Of a DNA stretch of 64,000 nt, positions 27,692 through 40,118 are shown piece by piece. This DNA comes from Octopus sinensis. Its lineage: Eukaryota. Both the position numbers and the translations under genes were made by a program. The notes below the pieces were generated by a model, which saw nothing but the letters and a program-made list of their open reading frames with translations, did no database searches and was not told the origin of the DNA. Each line of letters begins with the position of its first letter. The stretch's first letter is position 1. Location: NCBI RefSeq assembly GCF_006345805.1, contig NC_042999.1, forward strand, positions 10,230,001-10,294,000, written 5' to 3'.

Positions 27692-28096
27692 CACAATAAG
27701 GGTGAAAAAAATTGAATATTAATTAATAACATCAATTCAAAACAAAAGTGGCCTAGCGTATAAAAAGACTGGGATACAGTAAAAATTATTGATACAAATA
27801 ATAAGAGAGAGTCCACCGTGTGGTCACGCAAACGCTAGATATAGATCCGCAAAGGGAATCCGGCACTAAAGAATTGTTCTCAAGAATTAATTCAACACGC
27901 CAAGGATGTAAGCGAGCAGGACAAATGAAAAATAACGAAAAAATAGATTAACTCTATACAATTGTTTCATTGTTGTCCTGCTCGCTTACATTCTTGGCGT
28001 GTTGAATTAATTCTTGAGAACAATTCTTTAGTGGCGGATTCCCTTTGTGGATCTATATCTAGCATTAGAGTGACCACATGGTGGACTCTCTCTTAT

Positions 28097-28100
<4 letters not shown>
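27690..28100. mobile_element. Palindromic element with one-sided extension, flanked by (TA)n (Penelope-like layout)
   Basis: Arms about 27797-27933 and 27961-28100 are reverse complements; about 105 bp unpaired on the left. Confidence 0.7.
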
Positions 28101-28136
<36 letters not shown>

Positions 28137-28139
<3 letters not shown>

Positions 28140-28295
28140 ACAGTAAGCGAATAAATGCGAAACAAGGGGAGAAAAATAGTACTCGAATACCAGAGGTAGA
28201 GTAATATGCTTTATAAAAAAGCAGCAAAAATATCACAAAAAACTGTTACTCAAAGATTCACGTTCCCGTTCGTCGGACAGTTTTGTTTAGAATGG
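28137..28295 (-). mobile_element. Penelope-type pLTR module with degenerate hammerhead
   Basis: Minus strand AAAACTGT-CCGACGA-ACG GGAA CGT-GAAT-CTTTGAG-TA-ACAGTTTT (28239-28284); homologous to 1939-2150. Confidence 0.7.
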
Positions 28296-28514
28296 AACAA
28301 AAATAAGGTTACATGCATAAATATACAATTAGTTTGATAGATACACATTTGGGAAAGGTTTTGCTTCATTGGTCTTTTCAACAGACGGTCTTTTATTTTT
28401 TAAAACGGATTTATCATTTAGTTTATTCATATTTTACAGCTAATTGTTTACCCTGGATATCCAGACATTTTCTTGCTTTATAAGCTATTTTGATTTAAGG
28501 TTTTCTTCGCGCGC

Positions 28515-28602
<88 letters not shown>

Positions 28603-28832
28603 TCGGACCAGATGGTCTCCAGTTCGCAGCCCAATGTTTTTCACTGTTATTTTTTTAGCTCTTCCTCAACGTCTGGTCACCACTTGGTCAATTGGACGAA
28701 ACGCAACATACGTGATCTCTTTTTTCATTTTCTTTTCTTTCTTTCCTTTTTTGTTTTGTCATAGAGTTCGAGCTTAGTGGCATGAAGAGTGGGGGGGGGT
28801 CCTCTTCAATCCGTGCATTTTGGTCGAATGGT

Positions 28833-29007
28833 TGAGTGGCAGACTTAATCCGCTGCCCGGTTTAAAACCACCAAATGGTGGTAGTCTTAATCTTTTTGCC
28901 TGGATTAACACCACCGAATCGTGACAAACTTTATCCGCTGCCCGGATTAATACTACCAAGCAGTGACAGGCGTTATTCGTTGCCAGGCGGTGATAGACTT
29001 AACTCTA
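28833..29007. repeat. Degenerate minisatellite, about 43 bp, about 4 copies
   Basis: Recurring GTGRYAGACTTAATCCGCTGCCCGGATTAAxACCACC. Confidence 0.65.
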
Positions 29008-29199
29008 CCAATGAAGAATCACGACTGCAAACAACCCGAATCAATAGAGTCGTGGCATTCCACCCGACTTTCTGAAAATCCTGTCAATCCACCGCTATGG
29101 ATTGACCTAGGCAAGGATTTGAACTCAGAGTGCAGAGATACGGAATAAATAGCTGAAGACATTCTGTACATGGAAATTAAGGAGTCTGGAGACGGAGAA

Positions 29200-29400
29200 T
29201 TCATAGGTTTCCATGGCGTCTCAGTGACCGAGATCATAACATGCCACCTACCCTTGAACGGGACGCCAGGCCGTCGCAGGGTCAATCATTTACAGCTGGG
29301 TGGACTGGGGCAACGTGAAATAAGTGTATTGCTCAAGAACACAACGCGCCGCCCTGTTCGGGAACTGAAACCATGACCTTGCGATCGTAAGCACACTTAG
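29200..29400 (-). mobile_element. Degenerate CORE-like SINE
   Basis: Minus strand GTTCTTGAGCAATACACTTATTTCACGTTGCCCCAGTCCACCCAGCTGTAAATG; related copy about 41000-41126. Confidence 0.65.
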
Positions 29401-29873
29401 AATATGAGGGTTGGGTACATTCAATTCTGAACAACCTGAATATTTTACTCGGGGGAAATATGTCTGCAATCTTTTTTCTGGAATGATTGCAATGAAACAA
29501 TGAGTTTATAACATTGTAATCAGCGCTTGTCGAGACATGTCGGAGAAATAGGAGAAGGTTTGCTTTCTGTTGTTGTTTAATTCGGTTTATAAAAGAAAAT
29601 GGTGAACAATGGCGCCGTTGGTGGCAGGCTTCCAATTGGGTGATCAGAGATTCACTTCCTTTCTGGAGGCCAGGCCAAGTGAGTGCCTGCAACTAGGTGC
29701 AGAACAAATACCGAAACGGGTTTCGAAAAGAACAGAAAGTTCGGATTTTGCCGTCAATGTTTACATCCGTCACCGATATACATTGATAAATTGCACACGC
29801 ATACATATAAACATGCAAACACACACACGCACACATATGCATACATACATACGTAAGTGCACCATACATATAC

Positions 29874-29947
<74 letters not shown>

Positions 29948-29953
<6 letters not shown>

Positions 29954-30260
29954 CAATGGCCTAGTGGTTTAGGGCAGCGGACTCGCGGTCGCAGGATCGC
30001 GGTTTCGATTCCCAGACCGGGCGTTGTGTGTGTTTATTGAGCGAAAACACATAAAAAAAAAGCTCCACGAGGCTCCGGCAGGGGGTGGTGATCCCTGCTG
30101 TACTCTTTCACCACTCTTTCTCCCACTCTTTCTCCCACTCTTTCTTCTGTTGGCTTGCTCGCTTAGCCAGCGGGATGGCGTCATTCGAAGGCTAAAACAA
30201 TGCGAACGCATTGTGACCAGCGATGTGTAACAACATCTGATGGTCTGGTCGGTCACGTGA
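29948..30260 (+). mobile_element. tRNA-derived SINE family C (tail type 2)
   Basis: A box TGGCCTAGTGG, B-like TTTCGATTCC; tail ...CATCTGATGGTCTGGTCGGTCACGTGA then (TA)n. Confidence 0.88.
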
Positions 30261-30267
30261 TATATAT

Positions 30268-30305
<38 letters not shown>

Positions 30306-31169
30306 CTTACGTACATACATATATTTCTACGAAGTACCTTCTATAGAAAATTCAAATTATCAACTGATGAACAATATAGGCCATGCAAACCCCAAACCGA
30401 AGACATAGCCAGCTGTAAAAACATGTCCCCTAAATACTAACTTCGCATGATGTGGCGGTCAGGACAGCCTGGAATATAATACGATCTTAAAGTTGGTTTA
30501 TATTGGGTATGATTGTACTTAGTGCAGTGTTTGCAATGAGGCAAAAATTCAGATCTTAATTTCATGCCATAAGAACCTTGGATCAGAATGAACATGCTTT
30601 CATATACACGCGCGCATGTTGGCGTGTGTGAGTGTGTGTGTGCATGTGTGTACACGCGTGTGTGTTCATACATACATAAAAAACAAGCATGCATACGTAC
30701 GTACGTAACTACAGAGATTTGAAAGAACAAAGATGATAAACAGAAGACGATGCAAGAGTGTTGATATATTTTTATTCTATTTGGTCGGCAGGAAGTCACC
30801 AAAGTAACTCAAAGTCTGGAAATTTCGTGCATTGCACTCATCAAACTAGCATCGAAGCAGTTCAGAACTGCATGGCACAAAACTCTTCACCTTTGAATCA
30901 AGAGTTTTCAATCTGCCCAAGGTTAACTCTCTTCAGGATTTCTCATTGAGGGAGGCTAAAGAGTCAGAAGTGGGCGTCTGAGAGTACGATAGAAGGAAGC
31001 CCTTGAGTAGATATGGTGTTTTTACACATTTTGCCATAAGAGAGAATTTAATCTCCATGGTAACTGTAGTGAATTTGTCTTTGGAAATTAAAATATGGCA
31101 CAAACATATTCTAACTAATCTAAACTTTCATATGTGTTGTGTGTGTGTGTGCGCGCGCGCGTGCGTGTG

Positions 31170-31353
31170 TGTGCCACGTAAAAAGCACCCACCACACTCT
31201 CGGAGTGGTTGGCGTTAGGAAGGGCATCCAGCTGTAGAAACACTGCCAGATCAAGATTGGGGCCTGGTACAGCCTCCTGGCTTCCCAGACCCCAGTCGAA
31301 CCATCCAACCCATGCCAGCATGGAAAACGGACGTTAAACGATGATGATGATGG
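31170..31353 (+). mobile_element. RTE-related SINE 3' part with (GAT)n tail
   Basis: GTGCCACGTAAAAAGCACC...GGCGTTAGGAAGGGCATCCAGCTGTAGAAAC...GGACGTTAAACGATGATGATG; same family as 52136-52330. Confidence 0.8.
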
Positions 31354-31574
31354 TATATGGGGGGAGAGAGAGAGAGAGAGATCTACTCTTTGTTTAGACA
31401 TCTTTCTTGGAGAAAGGAATTCCAAACCAGCGCCCATCTCATTGCGGAAGCTGGAGATTTTGCTTCTTTCTGAACTATTTCGCTTTACAAAGATGAGAAT
31501 CTAAGCAGTGATGTGCAAGGTGTTATCAACTATAAATTTCAACATGGCCATTGCTGACAGCCATTCACTTTAAC

Positions 31575-31885
31575 TCTACGAGTTGACGGCCACCATGCCT
31601 ATTTGCTTTTTTGTATTTTTAGTTTTGCAGTGTTATTGTTACGTCCTGTTCGTGTTCGTACTCATTTTGCCCCGCTGCTTGGAATTTTATTTTAATTCTC
31701 TCGCAGGAAGGCCTAGTGGATTAGTGTTCTGTCTTGCCTTCGAAACATGCTTGAGTCGACTAGCGACAGCTGATGACGGGGGTGTTTTTTCCTTGTGTAG
31801 CACGTCCTGTAACCGTTTTTTTTCGTTTTCTTGTTTTTTTGTTTTTCCCGTTTCTACGTCTTGTTGTGGTGTCCTGTACTCACGT
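31575..31885 (+). mobile_element. Unclassified dispersed repeat (probable PLE pLTR)
   Basis: Diverged homolog at 42652-42990 (-); contains GAAGGC...GCCTTC-GAAA-CATG and CTGATGA. Confidence 0.55.
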
Positions 31886-32618
31886 ATAATTATTTATATA
31901 TGCATGTATATATACATGTAGATGTAGGTACGTACATATATGTTTGTATGTATGCATATATTTATATTTATCACATATATATATATATATGTATATAAAA
32001 ATATATATAATTATACTTGTATAAAGAGTAATTTAAAATCGAAAAATACTGGAAACTTAAAACCACAAACCTTTCTCTTTTTTTCTTTAATATTTCTTTG
32101 AAATTATGCAGACTGAATTTAATATTTTCCTCAAAAACTTTGATATTTTCTTGAAAGATTAAATTGCTCTTAGAGACAAATTAGAATGCAAATCTAAAAT
32201 TTCAATTTTGTATATATGTGTGTATGTGCGAGCGTATGTACACATTCATTTAGAGAGAAGTGAAGCAGGAGTCTATCTTGTTTGTTTATATGTGGTGGTT
32301 GTTGTTGTTGTTGTTTATAGTAGTATATAATAACACCACATTGCTATTACTGTTTGAAAGAAAGCAATATTTTACTTGTTTAAAATACAATCAACTGACA
32401 TTTTCTTGACATATTATATCTCATTGCTAAGACATCATGTCCAAAGTTTCAAATTAACTGTTTGATGACATTTAGTCAATATGACGCCGCGTGTGCATAC
32501 ATTTGTGTGTGTGTGTGTGTGTGTGTAGTGAATTGGTAACAAAAGGTACTTTTCCTCCACATCCTTTCTCAAAATAAAAAAAGTAACATCAGACAGACAG
32601 ACAGATATGAATATGTAT

Positions 32619-32782
32619 AGGGGAGAATTCACAAAAAAAAACAAGACGAAGACAAGTGGTGTAGACAACAAACAGATGTATTAGTATAACACTCAGGAAG
32701 TGAAAAGTCTTTAACGTTTCGAGCATACGCTCTTCCACAGAAAGGAACACAGGAGAGAAAATAAAGAATGTGTAGTGGCTAG

Positions 32783-32787
<5 letters not shown>
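32619..32787 (-). mobile_element. PLE-type pLTR module with variant hammerhead
   Basis: Minus 32744-32709: CTTT-CTGTGGA-A-GAGC GTAT GCTC-GAAA-CG-TT-AAAG; homolog at 43131-43332. Confidence 0.7.
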
Positions 32788-32858
<71 letters not shown>

Positions 32859-32862
<4 letters not shown>

Positions 32863-33140
32863 GTAAATGTAATATGTGACAATTATTCGGTAGCCATGAT
32901 AAAACTCCGAGTTTCGGATGTAGGAGTGGAAATCCACGCCGCCATCTCTTCAATTAACCGGCCATCGGAAAAAGTGCTATGAAAAATCTGGCCGGATAAC
33001 TGAAGAGATGGCGGCATGGATTTCCACCCCGACATCCGAAACTCGGAGTTTTATCATGGCTACCGAATAATTACATTTACAGATAAATTCCTCTATTTAC
33101 ATAATATCGAGGTCCTCTTTCATTCTTTTGTTGTCTTACC
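32859..33140. mobile_element. Palindromic Penelope-type module with hammerhead and 3' extension, in (TA)n
   Basis: Inverted arms spanning 32859-33084, then about 56 bp unpaired tail. Confidence 0.8.
32995..33055 (+). ncRNA. Type I hammerhead ribozyme motif
   Basis: GATAA-CTGAAGA(33000-33006)-GATG...CATC-C-GAAA(33038-33041)-CTC G GAG-TT-TTATC; all three stems pair; minus-arm copy has TTGAAGA. Confidence 0.75.
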
Positions 33141-33152
33141 ATATATATATAC

Positions 33153-33183
<31 letters not shown>

Positions 33184-33261
33184 CAGAGAGAGAGAGAGAG
33201 AGATAATAATACGTGTATATATGTATATATTTATGCATAGATATATAGATAGATAAGTACG

Positions 33262-33356
<95 letters not shown>

Positions 33357-34319
33357 GTAGGTAGGTAGGTAGGTAAGTACTTACATATATAGAGAGACGG
33401 ATAAATGCTTGCATGCATACATAGACAGACAGTGAGGCAGGCAGGCTAGCAGGCAGGCAGGCTAGCAGGCAGGCAGACAGATCCATACATAAAATACTCC
33501 CCAAAGAAGCACAATGACATACCTACAGTGAATTTGAACTTACACACCACTGGGTTATTTCATTGCTATACCAGTAATACACAAGGATCAAAGCAATCGA
33601 CTGCACTATATACTATGACACTGTTGCATAGAGGACATAAAATGTAAGCAAAAATAATCGATATTTAAAGTAGAGTGACGCAATAGATTCCAGGAACCAA
33701 ACAAAAATCGATAAGAATTTTCTGAACTACTGACGTGCCGTATATTAAGTTTAGGAAATTTTAAAAGCAACGAAAATAAACGTTGTTCACTGTATGAAAA
33801 GTACTTTGGAAAGCATAAAAATTCAATCACTCACCTATCAAAGAGACGAATATTTGAGATCAATCAACGCAGAGATGCGATCGGAAATGTCTGAGATATT
33901 TGGTGGTGGAGGCGGCGGCGGGCGGTGGCGGTTAAGGTCAAGGCGAAACGTTAGGGTAACTCCGGATTGAGCAGACTCGGGTTTCTGACGCTTTCCTCTC
34001 ACTTGAGTCTACCATAGCAGCAAATGGGGGAGCGGGTATTCAGAAGGCTAAGTACCCCCAAAAAAGCCCTCTCTTTCTCTCTCCCTCTCTCACTCACTTA
34101 AGTTCTTTAGTTCTCCTGCCATTTCTCTCTCTTTCACTCTCTCTCTCTCCCAAGTTCTTTAGTTCTCTCTCCATCTTTCCCTCCCAGTTTTCCCTTCCCT
34201 CTCTCTCTCATTCTCTCTTTCCTTCTCTTTCTTCTCACACAAACATCACCGAATCATTTCTTTACGCTGGACAAAAGTCGAGTTTACCTCAATAAACCTG
34301 ATAAAATATTTGTCAAAAG

Positions 34320-34453
34320 TAGGCAGGCCTGTGTTTCGGAGGTCAGTCCCACTGCAGGGTACTTTGAACAGGTGTCTTCTGCAGCCCAAGGCCGATCAGT
34401 GCCAAGTGAGGGGATTTAGTCGACAGGAACTGGAGGAAACCCGCCATATAGAC

Positions 34454-34506
<53 letters not shown>

Positions 34507-35035
34507 CGTTCACACACACACACATACATACACGAGATTGTGTGCGCGCGCGTGCGTGTTTCGGTTTTTCCCATCGCATCTTGACAACCGGCATCGGTTG
34601 TTTACAGCCCCGTAACGCAGCGGTTCGGCAAAAAGTAACCGAAGGAATAATTAGCGATCTCAAACTAAACTCTGCGATCTATTTGTTCGACTAAACCAGT
34701 GGTTCCCAAACTTTTTCGGGCCGCCGCCCCCTCGACACCCGGGCCACATTGTCATGCCCCACCCCCCAATTAACCATCACAAGCATAAACCTCTTTCTGA
34801 AACAAATCCAAACCAGTTGTATTTCACAAATAAATCTTAACCTCATGAACCCATTATTTTGTTTGTTTTTACATGAATCGCTACTCCTTTATCGCCCCAC
34901 TTTTCTTCAACGCCCCCTTGGAACTTTCCACTGCCTCCAGAGGGGCAATACCGCTCACTTTGGAAACCACTGGACTAAACCATACAAGGCGGTGCTTCAG
35001 CATGGCCACAGTCAAATGACTGAGCCAAGTAAAAT
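34320..35035 (+). mobile_element. SINE family B interrupted by a hAT MITE
   Basis: Body to 34696, resumes 34973 with AAGGCGGTGCTTCAGCATGGCCACAGTCAAATGACTGA. Confidence 0.8.
34697..34972. mobile_element. hAT (Charlie-type) MITE
   Basis: TIRs CAGTGGTTCCCAAA / TTTGGAAACCACTG; perfect 8-bp TSD GACTAAAC (34689-34696, 34973-34980) with central TA. Confidence 0.92.
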
Positions 35036-35041
35036 ATTCTT

Positions 35042-35442
35042 TTCTACTCTAGGCACAAGGCCCGACATTTTTGAGGAGGGGACCAGTCGATTATATCGAC
35101 CCCAGTGCGTAACTGGTACTTATTTAATCGACCCCGAAAGGATGAAAGGCAAAGTCGACCTCGGCGGAATTTGAACTCAGAACGTAAAGACAGACAAAAT
35201 ACCTGTTTCTTTACTACCCACAAGGGGCTAGACACAGAGAGGACAAACAAGGACAGACAAACGGATTAAGTCGACTATATCGACCCCAGTGCGTAACTGG
35301 TACTTATTTAATCGACCCCGAAAGGATGAAAGGCAAAGTCGACCTCGGCGGAATTTGAACTCAGAACGTAGCAGCAGCAGACGAAATACCGCTAAGCATT
35401 TCACCCGGCGTGCTAACCACTCTGCCAGCTCCTCGCCGCCTT
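35042..35442 (-). mobile_element. Nin-domain SINE family A, dimeric form
   Basis: Reverse complement of the architecture at 25700-26100. Confidence 0.9.
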
Positions 35443-35649
35443 AACCCAAGTAAAATAATAAAAGAATAATTACTCAGGGCACACATTTTTCCCAACGATG
35501 TGGGACTTGTTCCGAGCTCCAGAAAGTTGTTTGAAATAAATACTATTGGCACAGAATATATATCGATCTTTCGGATGATCGGTCGATATTGTGTCCGGAC
35601 ATTTGGCTAGTTGTGTTTCTTAATATGGTAACGACTAGTTTACATTTTA

Positions 35650-35900
35650 CTCACAGGTGAAAGACCAACACGTTACGTGTCAGAAGATAAAACAATTAAT
35701 GAAATGCAAAAAGGGCGCCCTCTGCCGTAATGTTTCGTACACATTTGGAACGGTGCTGCCATCACATGGACATCTTAGATCGCATCAAAACAAGTCACCC
35801 GGCTTATTGGCACGAAATCCCTATCAGCGACAGACTTCAACCTCTAGTCCACACACATCTTGTATCTCTATCTTTGCCTTTTCTTACGCCACTACAAGAC
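35650..35900 (+). pseudogene. CR1/Jockey-group LINE post-RT fragment
   Basis: With frameshifts: YTFGTV / HIWNGAA, ILDRIK, RLIGTKSL, DRLQPL, LCLFLRHY (SHIW...LDRIQ.RA.RLI...LQPL..RR...L.LFY pattern). Confidence 0.6.
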
Positions 35901-35904
35901 GAAC

Positions 35905-36035
35905 TTACATTGATCCCCAGTGCGTAACTGGTACTTATTTAATCGACCCCGAAAGGATCACAGGCAAAGTCGACCTTGGTGGAATTTGAACTCAGAACGT
36001 AAAGACAGACGAAATACCGCTAAGCATTTCGCCCT
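35905..36035 (-). mobile_element. Nin-domain SINE family A, partial
   Basis: CCCCAGTGCGTAACTGGTACTTATTTAATCGACCCCGAAAGGAT. Confidence 0.85.
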
Positions 36036-36187
36036 TGGATGGGTAGGTAGGCAGGTAGGTAGGTAGGTAAGTAGGTATGTATGTATGTATGTATGTATGT
36101 ATGTATGTATGTATGTATGTATGTATGTATGTATGTATGTAGGTAGGTAGGTAGGTAGGTAGGTAGGTAGGTAGGTAGGTAGGTAGG

Positions 36188-36274
<87 letters not shown>

Positions 36275-36280
36275 ATAGGC

Positions 36281-36393
<113 letters not shown>

Positions 36394-37639
36394 TGACGAA
36401 GAAGAAAAAACAACCAAAAAGAACTCGACGAGATCAATTCACAATTGAAATTATTAGTTTGACGCTTTTGATGCTCACAGAAAAAAGTTAATTGTGATGA
36501 CGTTTTGGATGGTATCCCTTCTTCAGAATGAGATGTTGAGCGTACAGAGAAAGAGGGAAAACTAAGAAGAAAAAGAAAGAAAACAATTACAGGAGGAATC
36601 AGCCGGAAAATGTCCACATGGACCTGGTGTACATGCTGGCTTTTGACGTGTTGTACACGCAACTTGAGCGCCAGAGTAACTACTATAGTTTTTTTTTCTA
36701 TTAAAAATTCATAGATATACACTGACGCACGCATATATTACGCATACACAAGCATACAGGCCTGAGCGCATGCGTATGTGTGGTGGATGTTGTTAGTTTT
36801 AATGGTGTTGCGTAATAGACAAGAATGAAAGGGGGAAAGGAAAAAGAGGAGAACGGGGAAAAGGAAAGGAAGAAAGAAGATTATCCCATAAGACTGGTGC
36901 ATTTACATAAACATTGATGCTTATCTGTAAAGTCGATACTGTTAACAGAGAAATCTTGCTGTTTTTAGTTGTTTCCTATTGGTGAGGAGGAAAGGGTTTC
37001 GACCAAAAGTCATCTGGGGTAATAAATATATACGCGAAGGAAGTAATTTGAAATACGTCGCCACCAACAGCATTGTTATGGGAGTGAAACACTTGTTAGA
37101 AAGCATTATTCGATTAATAATTACTTAACAATTCTCAGTTCTGAACTACAGCAGCAGCAGCAAGATGATGTTACGGCTAACCTCCAGCTATTATATTACT
37201 AAGATCAAAGCCGAGAACCTAAATCTAAACGTTCGTAAACTTGATCTAGAAAATGTCCAATCACAAAAGTCTGTTCTCTACAACAATTCACTGAAACAAT
37301 CTATAAAATAACTTCTGCTATTATCATTATTATTATTATATTGCTTCGCCAAATCAATTGCTGTTTATTTATCTCGGGGATAAAAGGAAGTCGATTGGCT
37401 GATATTCCCGAATCAACTGCAACAACAGTCAACGAATCATGCGCACCTCTTAGTTTTTTCAGAAAGCGACCTCCACCGCTCTGGGCCTTCGGTGACTTCA
37501 GAGTTTCTGCTCTTCAGTTTTACAAATCGACAAAACACTTGTAAAATATATAGTGCTCTTTAGGATAATGAATGGCGGGAGAAACGACATGGCGTTGGTG
37601 GATCACCGTCGTTTGTCGATATATGTATATGTATATATA

Positions 37640-37856
37640 TAAAGTTAATCCAAACAAGAAAACAAAAACACAACAACGCAAGGACGTGGAACAAATAAAG
37701 TATTATTGGACGCTCAGGAAAGAAGGGAAGAAGGAGGGTTTAACGTTTCGAGCGGAGCGCTTCGTCGGAAACATAGGAGAAGGAAAGATCCCGAGAAGGG
37801 AAGATAGGGGAAAAAAATCGGTAGTGATACAGACGAGGTCACATACTAAAAGACCA
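37640..37856 (-). mobile_element. PLE-type pLTR module with variant hammerhead, in (TA)n
   Basis: Minus 37772-37738: GTTT-CCGACGA-A-GCGC TCC GCTC-GAAA-CG-TT-AAAC; downstream CCTGAGCGTCCAATAATAC. Confidence 0.7.
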
Positions 37857-37874
37857 ATATATATATATATATAT

Positions 37875-37980
<106 letters not shown>

Positions 37981-38344
37981 GGTCTGTGTATATGGTATGA
38001 ATCGTTTCGCAATGAAGAGATACAGGATCTGATCCGACGGCACCGCATCTTGAGTAAATATCATTTTGGGATCGATTCATACCTTGTAAGGAAACTACGG
38101 AGACAGAAACTGTAGGGCAGTGCGGCGGGTGGATTCTACCCGTAATTCAAAAGGTACCCCTTTGTCACGTTGTGTCACACTGATTCTGCGTGGGAATTAC
38201 GTGTGTCTGTGAAAATACTCTGAATGACTCTAAATGTACTTTAGCTGTGGTTATCTTTGAAATAAAACCTATTTTGGGAATTATTTCGTGTACTGGTTCC
38301 AAAAATGGCGCCACACTTAGTCTACAAGCTCCAGTTAATAACAA

Positions 38345-38482
38345 AATCACCGAGGTCAACTTTGCCTTTCATCCTTTCAGAGTCGGTAAAATGAATACCA
38401 GTTGAGCACTGGGTGGGGGCGATGTAAATCGACTGGCCACCTCCCCCGAAAATAAGGGTCTTATGTCAAATTTTGAAACCAT
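38345..38482 (+). mobile_element. Nin-domain SINE family A, partial
   Basis: CCGAGGTCAACTTTGCCTTTCATCCTTTCAGAGTCGGTAAAATGAATACCAG. Confidence 0.8.
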
Positions 38483-38504
38483 TATTGTTGTTGTTGTTAT
38501 TATT

Positions 38505-38679
38505 ATATGAAACCTCTTAGCTTATTTTGCTGGGTATGATGGAAAGGGGATCAGCTGTCCACAGCCAGCAGAACAAAGTGGCACTTGTTTAATGGTCATG
38601 CTTCAAGAACCCTGCGAAGCATACTTGCAGTTCCAAGCAATGATAATTTTTGTAGGTGTTCTGTCTTTACATTGATACC
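38505..38679 (-). mobile_element. 5'-truncated R4/Dong LINE end in TAA/TGA repeats
   Basis: GINVKTEHLQKLSLLGTASMLRRVLEA* (LQK..LLGTA.ILR.VL C-terminus; stop 38596-38598), short 3' UTR, (TAA)n tail. Confidence 0.8.
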
Positions 38680-38729
38680 ATCATCATCATCATTATTATT
38701 ATTATTATTATTATTATCATCATCATTAT

Positions 38730-38950
38730 CAAGGGGCGAGCTAGCAGAAGCATCAGCATGGCGAGCAAAATGCTTCGCGACATTTCGTCAGCCTTTACGT
38801 TCTGGGTTCAAATTCCACCGAGGTTGACTTTGCCTTTCATTTTTTTGGGGTCGGGTCGGTAAAATAAGTACCAGTCAAATACTCGGGTCGATGTAATCGA
38901 TTTAACCCCTCCCCTCAAAAACTTCTGGCCCTGAGCCAAAATTTTAAACT
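38730..38950 (+). mobile_element. Nin-domain SINE family A
   Basis: Head GGCGAGCTAGCAGAAGC, B box, Nin core. Confidence 0.82.
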
Positions 38951-39289
38951 AATGTTATTATTGTTGTTGTTTTGTTTTTGTTTCGTTTTTATTTTGGAGT
39001 GCGTGCCTGTGTATAAGCTCGCAATGGGTTACTGTGTTGGAACTGAAGTGAATGTCCTGGAATTTTGTTTCTGTTTTTCTGTTTCCATTTTGGCTTATTT
39101 TAATCAATAATGTTCGTCTGGTGAGGGTTTGGGATTGTAGTACAGCTAATGTCCATTGAATATGAGAAAGCTCGCTACCTGAATGCAAACACGTTTACAG
39201 ATACACGACCTCTTTGCTGTTCTCTACCAACGGACATCGTAGTGAAGCGAGGTCTCTTTGTCTGGTTGCCAACAACCAGGTTTATTACT

Positions 39290-39351
<62 letters not shown>

Positions 39352-39671
39352 TAATTAACAATTTGCCGAACATCAGCGCAGAGAAATGCAATTGAACATT
39401 TTAGAATGTTTCTCTCGTTCATGAAAACTTAATGACACAATGCCTTCCCTCTCTTTCTCTTCAACTCTCTCTCTCCCCCCTCTCTCTCTCTCTCTATTTA
39501 TTTATTTGTTTATCTATCAAGCTGTCTGTCTGTCTGTCTGTCAATGTGTGTGTGTGGAAATTCTGGTGATATTTGGTTGATAACTGATGAGGGGTTTAAG
39601 CTTGTCCGCGTCTATTATGAGCATTTTTTCCTGTTACTGTGTATGTCCTGCCATATTTTTTATTATATATT

Positions 39672-39727
<56 letters not shown>

Positions 39728-39946
39728 TGTGTGCGTGTGTGTAATTAACTCAGTTCTGAGTTAATTATTTTTACCTAAGCAGTGATGTGACGCAGTGCAC
39801 TTCATAGTGAAGTCAGCAACAGACACTGTTGAAACTTATTCAGACTCAGATGGATGAGACAATTTTTTTATTTTTTTATTTTTTTTTTACAATGAATGGA
39901 AGGGTTTTTTTTTCCATGATTTTCAAACCAACAACAACAAGAATCA

Positions 39947-40118
39947 TTTCTACTATAAGCACAAGGTCTGAAAACTGAAGGGAAGGGGATCGTCGATATA
40001 ACAGACCCAGGTGTTCTGCTGATGCTTACATTTGATTGACACCGAAAGGATGAAAGGCAAAGTCGCCCTCGGCGGAATTTGAACTCAGAACGTAAAGATG
40101 GGCGAAATGCCACCAAGC
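39947..40118 (-). mobile_element. Nin-domain SINE family A, partial
   Basis: CCGAAAGGATGAAAGGCAAAGTCGCCCTCGGCGGAATTTGAACTCAGAACG. Confidence 0.8.

Noticed and set aside
33880-34060. GC-rich promoter-like patch (also 16430-16500)
   Set aside because: No linked exon or diagnostic motif; cannot be supported from sequence alone
39570-39610. Isolated CTGATGA (also near 10888 and 47759)
   Set aside because: No paired stem II or correctly placed GAAA
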